Virus record (IMG/VR): IMGVR_UViG_3300044955_000042
Location: 1-55,094 of that record
From: a virus
Lineage: Duplodnaviria > Caudoviricetes
Length of the DNA stretch: 55,094 bases
Direction: 5' to 3' (one strand)
Shown here piece after piece: positions 8,675 to 17,833 of this stretch. How positions within the stretch are numbered: the first letter of the stretch is position 1; every line of letters starts with the position of its first letter. A program made the position numbers and the translations under genes. Below the pieces are notes generated by a model, which saw nothing but the letters and a program-made list of their open reading frames with translations, had not been told where the DNA came from and ran no database searches.

Positions 8675-8969
8675 GTTAGTGAACTTATTTAGACCAAGAC
8701 GGAGGCAGTCATACGAAAATAATGAGCAATATGTTCTTGTGTGGGCAGTGCTAGATGGGCCAATTCAAGATGGTTTAAGTGTCTGGACACTAATAGTTAA
8801 GGTTTCTATTGAGGGTGAGTTAATTATCACAGAGCTACACTTCTCAAATTTTGAAGACGCAAACAACTTCTCAAACCTGGTTATGACTTCTGAAAAAGCA
8901 ATTAGCCTCAGTATTCCATCTGACTTAGATATAGCAGAAAGCGAAAGAGTATGTCAAAAACAGCAGTAA
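8664..8969 (+). CDS. Hypothetical protein
   Basis: 101-aa ORF overlapping both neighbours. Confidence 0.65.
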   Translation: MWNRLVNLFRPRRRQSYENNEQYVLVWAVLDGPIQDGLSVWTLIVKVSIEGELIITELHFSNFEDANNFSNLVMTSEKAISLSIPSDLDIAESERVCQKQQ

Positions 8970-9724
8970 TTCTTACCTGTGCCCATGCTGACCCCAGTGT
9001 AGGCAATGATCGGTTTAGTTGGCTTGGAGAGTTTCTCTTTGACCTCAAACCAGACTACGTTGTAGACCTTGGTGATGGGGCCGATATGAGGTCTCTCAAC
9101 ACTTATGATACACGATACCCACAAGCAATTGTGTCTCAGTCTTATGAAAAAGATATTGACTCCTACAATGATGCGCAAGAAAGGATGCGTTGGAAGTTTA
9201 AGAGCAACAAAAAGAAACGTCCATTTTGGATTGGCTTTGAGGGCAACCATGAAAACCGTATTAAGAAAGCTATCGCAAACGACCCAAGAATTGAAGGTGA
9301 TCGTGTGGGCATTTCTTTCAAACATCTTCAGACCTCGCACTGGTTTGATGAATATCACGAGTATGAAAATTCTGCCCCCTCCATCGCTGATTACGATGGT
9401 GTTAGTTACGCTCACTACTTTAGCTCTGGTAATTATGGGACAGCTACTTCTGGTACTCACCATGCTTATTCCCTCCTTCAGAATCGGAACCACTCTAGCA
9501 CTTGTGGTCACTCTCATAAGCGGAGTCTCTATTTTAAAGACGGTGCACACCCACGCGGGATTATTGGTCTCGTTGCTGGCTGTTTCAAAGGCCACGAAGA
9601 AAGCTGGGCTGGACAAGCAAACCACGAGTGGTGGAAAGGGATCGTAGTTAAACGTCAAATTGAAAACGGTATCTATGAACCTGAGTTTATCTCACTTGCA
9701 ACATTGGAGCGTATGTATGGCTGA
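8951..9724 (+). CDS. Calcineurin-like metallophosphoesterase
   Basis: DLGDGAD, EGNHE, YAHY, GHSH. Motif I reads CAH instead of DxH. Confidence 0.85.
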   Translation: MSKTAVILTCAHADPSVGNDRFSWLGEFLFDLKPDYVVDLGDGADMRSLNTYDTRYPQAIVSQSYEKDIDSYNDAQERMRWKFKSNKKKRPFWIGFEGNHENRIKKAIANDPRIEGDRVGISFKHLQTSHWFDEYHEYENSAPSIADYDGVSYAHYFSSGNYGTATSGTHHAYSLLQNRNHSSTCGHSHKRSLYFKDGAHPRGIIGLVAGCFKGHEESWAGQANHEWWKGIVVKRQIENGIYEPEFISLATLERMYG

Positions 9725-9890
9725 GCCAAGAGAACTTTCACAGACACACCTAAATACTTTTGTCACAGGCATTCAAAAAGGCTACCCAGTCACCTATGTA
9801 GAGGGTGCAAACATCTTAGCAGTAGATGATCCAGCCTTGGGTTATATTACCTTGCAGCTACTTGATAAAATCGTTGACACAAAAGAATGA
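9717..9890 (+). CDS. Small hypothetical protein
   Basis: GGAG then ATG 9717 (MAEPRELSQ...), within track ORF 9660..9890. Confidence 0.55.
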   Translation: MAEPRELSQTHLNTFVTGIQKGYPVTYVEGANILAVDDPALGYITLQLLDKIVDTKE

Positions 9891-9902
9891 AGAGGTATAA
9901 CT
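9874..9902 (+). promoter_or_regulatory. TTGACA-N16-TATAACT promoter
   Basis: Same pattern recurs at three other intergenic sites. Confidence 0.6.
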
Positions 9903-9903
9903 A

Positions 9904-10086
9904 ATGCCCCGTTTCTTGAAAGAATATACAGTGAACATGGTCATCTATGTTGAGCCAGATGCACCATTTCTTGAACTTGAGAATAACGAAAATGTAGACG
10001 TTATTGGGGACATGCTTAAAGGTTTAATCTATGATCTTGATGACATGACTATAAAAGAAATTGAAGTTGAGTACACCGGAGAGTGA
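9904..10086 (+). CDS. Small acidic hypothetical protein
   Basis: 60-aa ORF between promoter and mazG; start uncertain. Confidence 0.6.
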   Translation: MPRFLKEYTVNMVIYVEPDAPFLELENNENVDVIGDMLKGLIYDLDDMTIKEIEVEYTGE

Positions 10087-10113
10087 CTTATCAAATAAAT
10101 AAAGGGGATATCA

Positions 10114-10449
10114 ATGCTGAGTGGTGAAGACTTGTACAACTTAGATTACTACAACAAGTGGGTTGAGGATAAGATTCTAACAGAGGGTCATGAAAGGCTT
10201 GTAGAGAATACACTAGGCCTTGTAGGTGAGGCAGGTGAAGTAGCAGAAAAGATAAAGAAGCTCATTCGAGATAGCTCAAGGTTCACAGAAGAAGATATTG
10301 CCAAAGAGTTGGGAGACGTAATCTTCTACACAACTGCCCTTGGTAACATCTATGGACACTCTCTTGAGTCAATCATTAAGTTGAACATGGATAAACTGAA
10401 TGGGCGACAGGCCCGTGGAACACTAAAAGGATCAGGCGATGACAGGTAA
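10114..10449 (+). CDS. mazG: MazG-like nucleotide pyrophosphohydrolase
   Basis: LGLVGEAGEVAEKIKK, KELGDV.FY, N..KL..R..RG.L.GSGD.R. Confidence 0.9.
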   Translation: MLSGEDLYNLDYYNKWVEDKILTEGHERLVENTLGLVGEAGEVAEKIKKLIRDSSRFTEEDIAKELGDVIFYTTALGNIYGHSLESIIKLNMDKLNGRQARGTLKGSGDDR

Positions 10450-12457
10450 CTATCAAAAAGTATCGACACGTGCAGAGGTAGTGACACGGCGTACCTACAA
10501 CCGCCCTCTCAATGATGAGGGTACAGTGTTTGAGACATGGGAGCAGACAGTAGACCGTGTGATTGGACACCAGCGCTGGCTCTGGGAACGTCAACAACGT
10601 GCGGAGCTTAGCGAGAAACAGTCCGCAGAACTTGCGGAGCTTAGACAGCTTATGATTGACCGCAAGGCCACTACATCAGGACGTACACTGTGGCTCGGTG
10701 GTACAGACGTAGCTAAGACACGTGAGGCATCACAGTTCAACTGTAGCTTCGGTAACGTAGAGACGGTACATGATGTTGTTGATGCTCAGCACTTGCTACT
10801 GCAAGGTTGTGGTGTTGGCTTCTATCCAGCTGTGGGTATCCTTAGTGGCTTCACTTCACCTGTTGAAGTACAGGTAGTACGCTCTGAGAAGCAGAAGGGT
10901 GACCCCAAGGGTGCAGAAGATAATGTAGAGGCTTTCTACCAAGAAGATGGCAAGACAGTCTGGGAGGTTGTTGTTGGAGACTCTGCAGCTGCTTGGGCCA
11001 AATCCTTTGGCAAGCTAGTAGCTATGAAAAAGCGTGTAGATATTGTGCGTCTAAACTACCGTGAGATCCGGGCTGCTGGTATGCGCTTGAAAGGCTATGG
11101 TTGGATTAGTTCTGGTGACGCAGACCTCTCAGTATCACAGACAGCTATCTGTGGTATCCTCAATGATCGTGCAGGTCAGCTACTACGACACATGGATATC
11201 CTTGACCTATTGAACCACATGGGTACTGTGTTGTCGTCACGCCGTAGCGCAGAGATCGCTGTACTACCTGTGACTAACCCAGAGGTTGATGCCTTCATCT
11301 CGGCTAAAAAAGATTTCTGGCTGCATGGTAATGAGCACCGTCAGCAGTCTAACAATTCAATCATGTTCGACACAAAGCCCACCAAGTGGGAGCTGTCTTA
11401 CATCTTTGACAAGATTGTAGAAGCGGGTGGTTCAGAACCAGGATTCATCAATGCTGAGTCTGCTCGTAAACGTGCTCCATGGTTCAAGGGTGTTAACCCA
11501 TGTGCTGAAATCCTTCTGGGTAACAAGTCTTTCTGTAACCTCGTAGAGGTGGATTGGGGTAAGTTCCTTGGTGATCAAGAGGCTCTTGAACATGCTATCT
11601 GGCTTGCTGCCAGAGCTAACTACCGTCAGACTTGTGTGAACCTTGACGATGGTATCCTGCAACGTTCATGGCATGAGCTGAACGAGTTCCTACGCCTGTG
11701 CGGTGTTGGTGGTACAGGTATCGTTAAGTATGTCGACTACTATCAGGGTCGAAACAATGTACCGGTAATGCTTCAGTCACTTCGGTCTATGGCACGTAGG
11801 GGTGCTGACTCTATGGCTGACGAGCTTGGTACTCCAAGGGCTAAGGCAGTCACCACAGTTAAACCCTCTGGTACCTTGTCAAAGATTATGGACACTACAG
11901 AGGGTGTACACAAACCACTCGGTAAGTATCTCATCAACAACATCACGTTCTCCAAGGATGATCCTACTGTTGGTCTACTTGAGGAAGCAGGGTACAAGGT
12001 GTTCGACAAGCCGTTTGAACCTTCAAGCAAGCTCGTAGCTATGCCTGTGTGCTATGATGATGTCGTCTTTGATAAAGTAGAAACATCTCGTGGTGTTGTA
12101 GAAGTTAACCTTGAGTCAGCAGTAGACCAGCTTGAGCGTTACAAACTGTTGATGGATAACTATGTAGATCACAACTGTTCTGTCACTATTAGCTATGATC
12201 CTTCTGAGATACCTGCTATAATTGACTGGATCTTAGCAAACTGGGACACATACGTAGGTGTTTCATTCATCTATCGTAATGACCCAACAAAGACAGCGGA
12301 GGATTTAGGTTACCCCTATCTACCACAGGAAGTCATCACGGAGGAAGCATATGTGGCTTATACGTCACAGTTGAAACCTCTTGATCTTTCTGGCCTTACA
12401 TCAGACGATGATTTGGTAGATGAAGCTTGTGCAACTGGTGCTTGTCCTATTCGGTAA
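10439..12457 (+). CDS. nrdJ: Class II (adenosylcobalamin-dependent) ribonucleotide reductase
   Basis: RRTYNR, SGRTLW, FNC, GCGVG, RRSAEI, NPCAEILL, TVKPSGT, C-terminal CATGACP. No small subunit gene nearby. Confidence 0.92.
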   Translation: MTGNYQKVSTRAEVVTRRTYNRPLNDEGTVFETWEQTVDRVIGHQRWLWERQQRAELSEKQSAELAELRQLMIDRKATTSGRTLWLGGTDVAKTREASQFNCSFGNVETVHDVVDAQHLLLQGCGVGFYPAVGILSGFTSPVEVQVVRSEKQKGDPKGAEDNVEAFYQEDGKTVWEVVVGDSAAAWAKSFGKLVAMKKRVDIVRLNYREIRAAGMRLKGYGWISSGDADLSVSQTAICGILNDRAGQLLRHMDILDLLNHMGTVLSSRRSAEIAVLPVTNPEVDAFISAKKDFWLHGNEHRQQSNNSIMFDTKPTKWELSYIFDKIVEAGGSEPGFINAESARKRAPWFKGVNPCAEILLGNKSFCNLVEVDWGKFLGDQEALEHAIWLAARANYRQTCVNLDDGILQRSWHELNEFLRLCGVGGTGIVKYVDYYQGRNNVPVMLQSLRSMARRGADSMADELGTPRAKAVTTVKPSGTLSKIMDTTEGVHKPLGKYLINNITFSKDDPTVGLLEEAGYKVFDKPFEPSSKLVAMPVCYDDVVFDKVETSRGVVEVNLESAVDQLERYKLLMDNYVDHNCSVTISYDPSEIPAIIDWILANWDTYVGVSFIYRNDPTKTAEDLGYPYLPQEVITEEAYVAYTSQLKPLDLSGLTSDDDLVDEACATGACPIR

Positions 12458-12476
12458 GGGGCCGATACGTAACCTT

Positions 12477-12557
12477 ATGACCGAACGTCACTGTACTGGT
12501 CTTGTCACCTGTATACACCTCGGTCGTCTGACCCTGAGCATAGTTTAAAACTGCTCA
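12477..12557 (+). ncRNA. Putative structured RNA element between nrdJ and glutaredoxin
   Basis: ATGACCGA/TCGGTCGT closes an interrupted hairpin (12477-12527). TGAGCA/TGCTCA stem (12535-12557) with a possible GAC/GTT pseudoknot. Confidence 0.45.
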
Positions 12558-12579
12558 CCTTAACACAGAAAGGATAGAC

Positions 12580-12798
12580 ATGCAGAAGTATGTAATGTTA
12601 ACTCAGGACAACTGTAAGTACTGTACGGCAGCGCTGGGGTTACTTCAGGGTTATGGGCATGAGGTTGAAGTCTACGATGTGAAGAACGAGAGTGTTGCAT
12701 CACTTGTACGACTAGACACAGTACCACAACTGTACGGCCCTGATGAAGAGTTCATCGGTGGATACATGGAACTTATCGACCACTTAGCAAAGGCTTAA
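12580..12798 (+). CDS. Glutaredoxin
   Basis: CKYC active site, TVPQ, FIGGY; next to RNR. Confidence 0.9.
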   Translation: MQKYVMLTQDNCKYCTAALGLLQGYGHEVEVYDVKNESVASLVRLDTVPQLYGPDEEFIGGYMELIDHLAKA

Positions 12799-12802
12799 AA
12801 TA

Positions 12803-13501
12803 ATGGTCCAACAACCCAAGAAGCTAAAGACACGGCGAACAAGAACCAAGCACGATGAGGGTAAGCAGCGTCTGGAGTTAATCCCACGCAACGACAATCA
12901 AGAAAGATACATTAAGGCCCTAAACACATCTGATCAGGTTATCGTGTTTGGTCCAGCAGGTACTGGTAAGACTTATGTTGTATCTACCTATGCAGCAGAT
13001 GCCTTCAAGATGAAAGAAATCGACAAGATTGTCATTACCAGACCTCATGTTGCTGTTGGAAGAGATGTAGGTTATCTTCCAGGTACACTAGAAGAGAAGT
13101 CTGCTCCTTGGGCTCTGCCAGTACTTGATGTCATTGAGAAGCATCTTGGGAAGGGTGTAGTAGAGACAGCACTTAAGAGTAAGAACATTGAGGTTGCACC
13201 TCTTGCGCTTATGAGGGGTAGATCTTTTGAAAAGTGTTTTGTTATCTGTGACGAAACACAGAACATCACCATCCAAGAACTTAAGATGCTTGTCACACGT
13301 ATCGGCTCTGGGTCTAAGCTAGTGCTAAACGGTGACATTCAACAGAGCGACCTTAAAGAGGCTGACGGGTTATCAAAGATTGTGCACCTAGCAAAGAAGC
13401 ACCAACTCCCAATACCTATTATTGAATTTGGCGTAGGTGATATTGTCAGATCAGATATCTGCCGTCAGTGGATCACAACCTTTATGAAGGAGGGACTATG
13501 A
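12803..13501 (+). CDS. phoH: PhoH-like ATPase
   Basis: GPAGTGKT, ITRP, GYLPG, MRGRSF, DETQN, TRIG, GDIQQSD, IVRS. Confidence 0.95.
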   Translation: MVQQPKKLKTRRTRTKHDEGKQRLELIPRNDNQERYIKALNTSDQVIVFGPAGTGKTYVVSTYAADAFKMKEIDKIVITRPHVAVGRDVGYLPGTLEEKSAPWALPVLDVIEKHLGKGVVETALKSKNIEVAPLALMRGRSFEKCFVICDETQNITIQELKMLVTRIGSGSKLVLNGDIQQSDLKEADGLSKIVHLAKKHQLPIPIIEFGVGDIVRSDICRQWITTFMKEGL

Positions 13502-13692
13502 TGTTTGTAGGGATCATATTAGCCTGTAATCTTATGACTAATGAGTGTTCTACTTTGTCTTCACCAAACACATTTAACGATAAAGCTACATGCAATATTA
13601 TTGCCGGAGCTTTCAGAGAGCAACTTATTGATACCTTACCAAAATATGCACTTGTCATGTTTAAGTGTGTAGAATTTCCAAAGCCAGCCTAA
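13498..13692 (+). CDS. Small hypothetical protein with hydrophobic N-terminus and 4 Cys
   Basis: GGAGG then ATG 13498, overlapping the phoH stop. Confidence 0.65.
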   Translation: MMFVGIILACNLMTNECSTLSSPNTFNDKATCNIIAGAFREQLIDTLPKYALVMFKCVEFPKPA

Positions 13693-13895
13693 TGTCAGAC
13701 AGCTACGATGGTGTTGACCCCTTTGATATCTGTATGAGCGCACTTGCTCAAGGACTTGTTACAGATATCTCAGACGAAGACTTTTGGATAGCTTGCAACA
13801 TTGCACAAAGTGCAGTTGAGTTTGACGTAGCAGTCTCAGCCTCGTGTGACTTAAAAGAATTGGTGCAACTGCACTACAACAAAGGAAATAAGTGA
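13692..13895 (+). CDS. Small hypothetical protein
   Basis: TAATG coupling at 13690-13694; within track ORF 13665..13895. Confidence 0.6.
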   Translation: MSDSYDGVDPFDICMSALAQGLVTDISDEDFWIACNIAQSAVEFDVAVSASCDLKELVQLHYNKGNK

Positions 13896-14068
13896 TGTTT
13901 TTTGAAGCAATGGTAGTCTTTAATCTTGCGGTTTTGTTCTTTTTGTACTATACTTTTGGTGCAATGGGTGAATATCTTGACGAGTTGGGCGAATCAATAA
14001 ACAACCTCTGGGATGTAATAGAGGAACAGGAAAAACAAAATGAGCGGCAGATCAACAAAGAGGGTTAA
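13895..14068 (+). CDS. Small membrane protein, 57 aa (not in ORF track)
   Basis: TGATG coupling and AAGGA RBS. MFFEAMVVFNLAVLFFLYYTFGAMGEYLDELGESINNLWDVIEEQEKQNERQINKEG. Confidence 0.6.
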   Translation: MFFEAMVVFNLAVLFFLYYTFGAMGEYLDELGESINNLWDVIEEQEKQNERQINKEG

Positions 14069-14297
14069 AAACTCCACAGAAGCCACCATGAAGAAGCTTG
14101 AAGAGGAAGCTAAGAACTTTAGCAAGAAGTCTTCAAGAACTGTTACTCCAGATACAGAAAAGCCCCTGACTGGTAGGCAGCACCTTGCAGGATTGATCCT
14201 ATCAGGGTTGCTGGCTAGAAGCCAAGGGCTAGTCAATACTGGAGATCTCAGGCGGGAAGCATATGAGTGGGCAGACCTTATGCTAGAGTACGAATAG
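14040..14297 (+). CDS. Hypothetical protein (R...AG..LSGLLA...AY..AD.ML family)
   Basis: 85-aa last gene of the plus-strand block. Confidence 0.7.
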   Translation: MSGRSTKRVKNSTEATMKKLEEEAKNFSKKSSRTVTPDTEKPLTGRQHLAGLILSGLLARSQGLVNTGDLRREAYEWADLMLEYE

Positions 14298-14320
14298 AAT
14301 ACTTTCCCGTCTTAAACTTT

Positions 14321-14350
14321 GGGGTCACCTTCGGGTGGCCCCTTTTTCTT
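14321..14350 (+). terminator. Rho-independent terminator at the convergence of the two modules
   Basis: GGGGTCACC-TTCG-GGTGGCCCC followed by TTTTTCTTT; UUCG tetraloop. Confidence 0.9.
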
Positions 14351-14353
14351 TGT

Positions 14354-17300
14354 TTATTTTCTTGCTTGGCCTTCCATGCTTGTAAGCTGATCACCCCAAC
14401 GAAGGATTTGTTGCATCTTACCAAGTCTCTCTTCTACTGTTTCTGAGTCATCAATGTACTCATCAGCAGTTTGATCAGTTACACCGCCCCACTGCATAAC
14501 TGCATCTAGGCTTGCATAGCTCGAAGATTTAATCTTGTAATTATTCACAATAAATCCAGCAGCAGCTCTTGGGGCTTTTCTTGCAAAGTCATTGAAGCTT
14601 TTCTCTACACTATCTTCAATACCATTCTTGAAGCGAGAGATAAACTTCTCAAGCTCTACCTTGCGCAACTCTGGTGGAAGATCCTCATAGCCACGACCAC
14701 CAAGAAACTCTTTATTCTGCGACCACTCCTCAAAGGCTGGAGAGATTGATTTTGACATCAGCTCACGGACTGCAATATCTACATTTGGATTCTTTACTGT
14801 TGCTGACCCAAGAACCATGAATGGTTGTATGCCAAGCCGTACCATCTCACGTTCTATTGCGTTTCTCTTTGGTCGTGTATCAATACCAGTGATCTGGCTC
14901 ATCAGTGGGTTTACTTTTTGTACCGGCTCTGAACTAAAGCCATTGTACAAAGGTACGTCAGTCTTACCATTAAAGCTAGATGCAAACTGCAACCACTCAA
15001 AGTCTGGAAGGAAGCGGAGAGCTCTCTGTACAAGTTGTGTCTGACCAAGCTCTTGTGGACCAAGCTCATTTGCACCCATCTGCAAGTTTCTTGTATAGGG
15101 TGATGGCGTTGAGCTTGGATTAAACTGACCTTGGATATCTCTGACTGTTGCAGCAGGCATTGTTAGTGTTGCAGCCACATCACCCAACCACTTTGAGGCA
15201 CGTTCATTTAGCTGTCCATCTTCCACAGATGCCACCAATGGTTCAATAACACTGTTGCTATAACCGTAGGCATTTAGGCCTGCCAAAACCTTAAGGGCTT
15301 CAGCACCAGTGTCCTTAATACCAGCAAGAGGGGGTTCACCCTTCAACTGTCTTGCAATCATATCACCAATAAACAAGTGTGCCATGTATGGACCACCAGC
15401 ACGGCTCCAATCCATAACATCTCCAGACTCTGGATCAATTGATTCTCGGTATGTTGTAGCCGGGTCTGCGTAGTAGCGAGCACCTACAGCCCCAACCAAC
15501 ATCATTGTACCAGTAAGACCCTTTGCAATCTTCTCGTTGCTAGAGACCATAAGGCTTTTGCTAGTTTGCCCTGACGCCTTCTCCCAAAGACCTTGTGCAA
15601 GACCTGTTGGAAGGTGTCGGTGCATGTACTCCATCTGGTTAGCAACATATCTTGGGAAGGGCATACCGCCAAGACCAGATACAACAAACGGTAGGTTTTT
15701 GTTTGCGTTGATTACTGTTTTTGCAGTTTTGCCAAACCAATCTTCAGCACCCTCATAGCCATATTGGTAAGAGAAGCTAAGTGCCTGAGCTCTTGCTTTC
15801 TCAACCATCTCTTGTGGAAGTGCATCAAGACCAGCACTCTTCATAAGAAAACTGTCGAGAGATTTCGCAGCAACCTCGTCACCAGAGTCTCTGATCTGTC
15901 TCTGAAGAGATGCGTACAACACAGCCTCTTTGAACTGTGTATCAACTACGTTGTTGAGGGTGTTAAAAGCTCTTGCAGTTCTGGCCAAAACAGAGTTTGT
16001 ACCTGTCTCGGTTTCAATACGCGATACATCGTAGAACATTTTTGCCATTGGAGACTCGGGGTCAAGTTCTGCAAGGATGCGAAGAACATGAGCTTCTTCC
16101 TTACCCCAAGTAAGACCCTTAACCACATCAAGCGTACCGCTAAGAGGGTTTCTACCCTCAATGATATTAGTGAAGAGTCTATCTGAAGCATCTGTCGCAA
16201 TTCTGCCAACAGAGCTCCCCACGTTAGCTGCAGTAGTTGCAAGCTGAGTTGTCATCATACCAATACGGAATGAGTCAGCCTCTCGCAACATGGACACAAC
16301 ATCACCGGAGTTTAAACTACGTGCCATATCCTTGAGGGCTTCATCGGCAGGCGAGGTAATACCCTGCTTTGCAAAATCATCCAAGTTGCCTAAGAATGTG
16401 CCAATATCTTTTTTAGCTTTTTCAGCTGAGAGCTTTGCTTGAGACTCTGAAAGACCTTTCTTGATCTGACTTGCAATGTTCAAAGTTCTACCAGCCTCTG
16501 ACATGTCAGTCAGGAACATAAGAGAGAACTCACCTTTTGTAAGGCCATAATCTTTCCTCAGTGCCTGCAGCCCAGAAGAGTCTATCTTACCCTCAGCTAA
16601 CGCATCCGAAACCTTCTGAGAGATACGAACATCATCTGAAAGATTAAACCCAAGTTTCTCACTTAGATCAAGTGTAGCAGCTGAGACTTTACGAAGGGAA
16701 TCAGAGGTAAACCTTGCGGTGACTGGTTCACTACCAGTGCCATCAAACACCTTTGCTGCTACGTCTTTACCAAGCTCAACCATCTCCTCGTCAAGGGGTT
16801 TTTTAAACTTAGCAACAGTACCTGACTCACGCTTCTGTAGGAGGTCTACAAGGTTGGTCATACGTGTTTGTAGGGCTTGGTACTCTTTACTCTTAGGTGT
16901 GCCCTTAGCGGCCTTCTTTGCGGCGTCTAGGGCCTCTTTAGCCTTCTTTGCAGCAAGCACATCAGAGTTCTTCATCCGTGCACCCTGACCTGCCAGGATG
17001 TCGATTGCTTGGTTCTGCTTTTTTATTGACTGAGTACGAGCAAAAGCACCCAGACCCCCACCGAGAGCGCCTGAGATAGCTGCAGCAGCTGCAACCTTAC
17101 CCATGTTCTTTTCGTACCCTTCAATAGCGTCCTCTCGGATGCCCTCACGAAGGTACTCTGTACCACCCTCTATGCTACCCTCGATAGCAGCACCACGTAC
17201 AGCACCCTTAACAGCAGCTGCCTTAAGGCCCTCTTTAACGGCTTCTGTAGCAACCTTATCCCTTACAAAACCTTTTGCGGTTTGTTTGGTCAGGCCTTCG

Positions 17301-17833
17301 GTGATGACACCTTTTACAGATGCACTCTTCATTGCCGACTTTGCAACTTCCTTACTAACAAGACCTGATAGCATTTTTCTTACAGAGAGTTGACCGGCCT
17401 TCTTAGCACCAGCAGCTGCAACCTTACTCACAGGTCCACCAAAGCCAGCTGTCACAACAGTAGCAACGGTAGACGGAGATGTAGCAATGGCTTGGAAATA
17501 ATCAGATGCACCATCAAGCACACCTGTGCCAGCACCCTCAGAGTTATCCCATGCGGTAATCAGACGCCCAAAAGACTCAAGACTTTCTTGGTCTTTGTCC
17601 TTGGCGTTCTTTACATACCAGAGGTCTTTAGCAACGGTTGTCTCGTTACTCTCCTGCCAACGCATGTGGTCAATAAATTTATCAGCTAGACCCTCTGGAC
17701 CCATCTCTTTGATATCGTCCATTGAATACTTATAGCGGGAGCCAGTGAAGAAGTTGATGAGGTCTTTCTGCATGTCTGCATCGTTGACTAGACTGTTGAA
17801 CTTCTTCCCCTCTGCCTTCTCAAAGTAGCTCAT
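14354..17833 (-). CDS. Large internal virion (ejection) protein
   Basis: 1159 aa, Ala/Gly-rich amphipathic N-half, last gene of the morphogenesis block as for T7 gp16-like genes (positional inference). Confidence 0.65.
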   Translation of the reverse strand: MSYFEKAEGKKFNSLVNDADMQKDLINFFTGSRYKYSMDDIKEMGPEGLADKFIDHMRWQESNETTVAKDLWYVKNAKDKDQESLESFGRLITAWDNSEGAGTGVLDGASDYFQAIATSPSTVATVVTAGFGGPVSKVAAAGAKKAGQLSVRKMLSGLVSKEVAKSAMKSASVKGVITEGLTKQTAKGFVRDKVATEAVKEGLKAAAVKGAVRGAAIEGSIEGGTEYLREGIREDAIEGYEKNMGKVAAAAAISGALGGGLGAFARTQSIKKQNQAIDILAGQGARMKNSDVLAAKKAKEALDAAKKAAKGTPKSKEYQALQTRMTNLVDLLQKRESGTVAKFKKPLDEEMVELGKDVAAKVFDGTGSEPVTARFTSDSLRKVSAATLDLSEKLGFNLSDDVRISQKVSDALAEGKIDSSGLQALRKDYGLTKGEFSLMFLTDMSEAGRTLNIASQIKKGLSESQAKLSAEKAKKDIGTFLGNLDDFAKQGITSPADEALKDMARSLNSGDVVSMLREADSFRIGMMTTQLATTAANVGSSVGRIATDASDRLFTNIIEGRNPLSGTLDVVKGLTWGKEEAHVLRILAELDPESPMAKMFYDVSRIETETGTNSVLARTARAFNTLNNVVDTQFKEAVLYASLQRQIRDSGDEVAAKSLDSFLMKSAGLDALPQEMVEKARAQALSFSYQYGYEGAEDWFGKTAKTVINANKNLPFVVSGLGGMPFPRYVANQMEYMHRHLPTGLAQGLWEKASGQTSKSLMVSSNEKIAKGLTGTMMLVGAVGARYYADPATTYRESIDPESGDVMDWSRAGGPYMAHLFIGDMIARQLKGEPPLAGIKDTGAEALKVLAGLNAYGYSNSVIEPLVASVEDGQLNERASKWLGDVAATLTMPAATVRDIQGQFNPSSTPSPYTRNLQMGANELGPQELGQTQLVQRALRFLPDFEWLQFASSFNGKTDVPLYNGFSSEPVQKVNPLMSQITGIDTRPKRNAIEREMVRLGIQPFMVLGSATVKNPNVDIAVRELMSKSISPAFEEWSQNKEFLGGRGYEDLPPELRKVELEKFISRFKNGIEDSVEKSFNDFARKAPRAAAGFIVNNYKIKSSSYASLDAVMQWGGVTDQTADEYIDDSETVEERLGKMQQILRWGDQLTSMEGQARK

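Noticed and set aside
8954-9658. 234-aa antisense ORF and 180-aa alternative-frame ORF
   Set aside because: Shadows of the phosphoesterase gene with no motifs.
12458-12579. Cobalamin riboswitch near nrdJ
   Set aside because: Downstream of the gene, too short, and no B12-box sequence.
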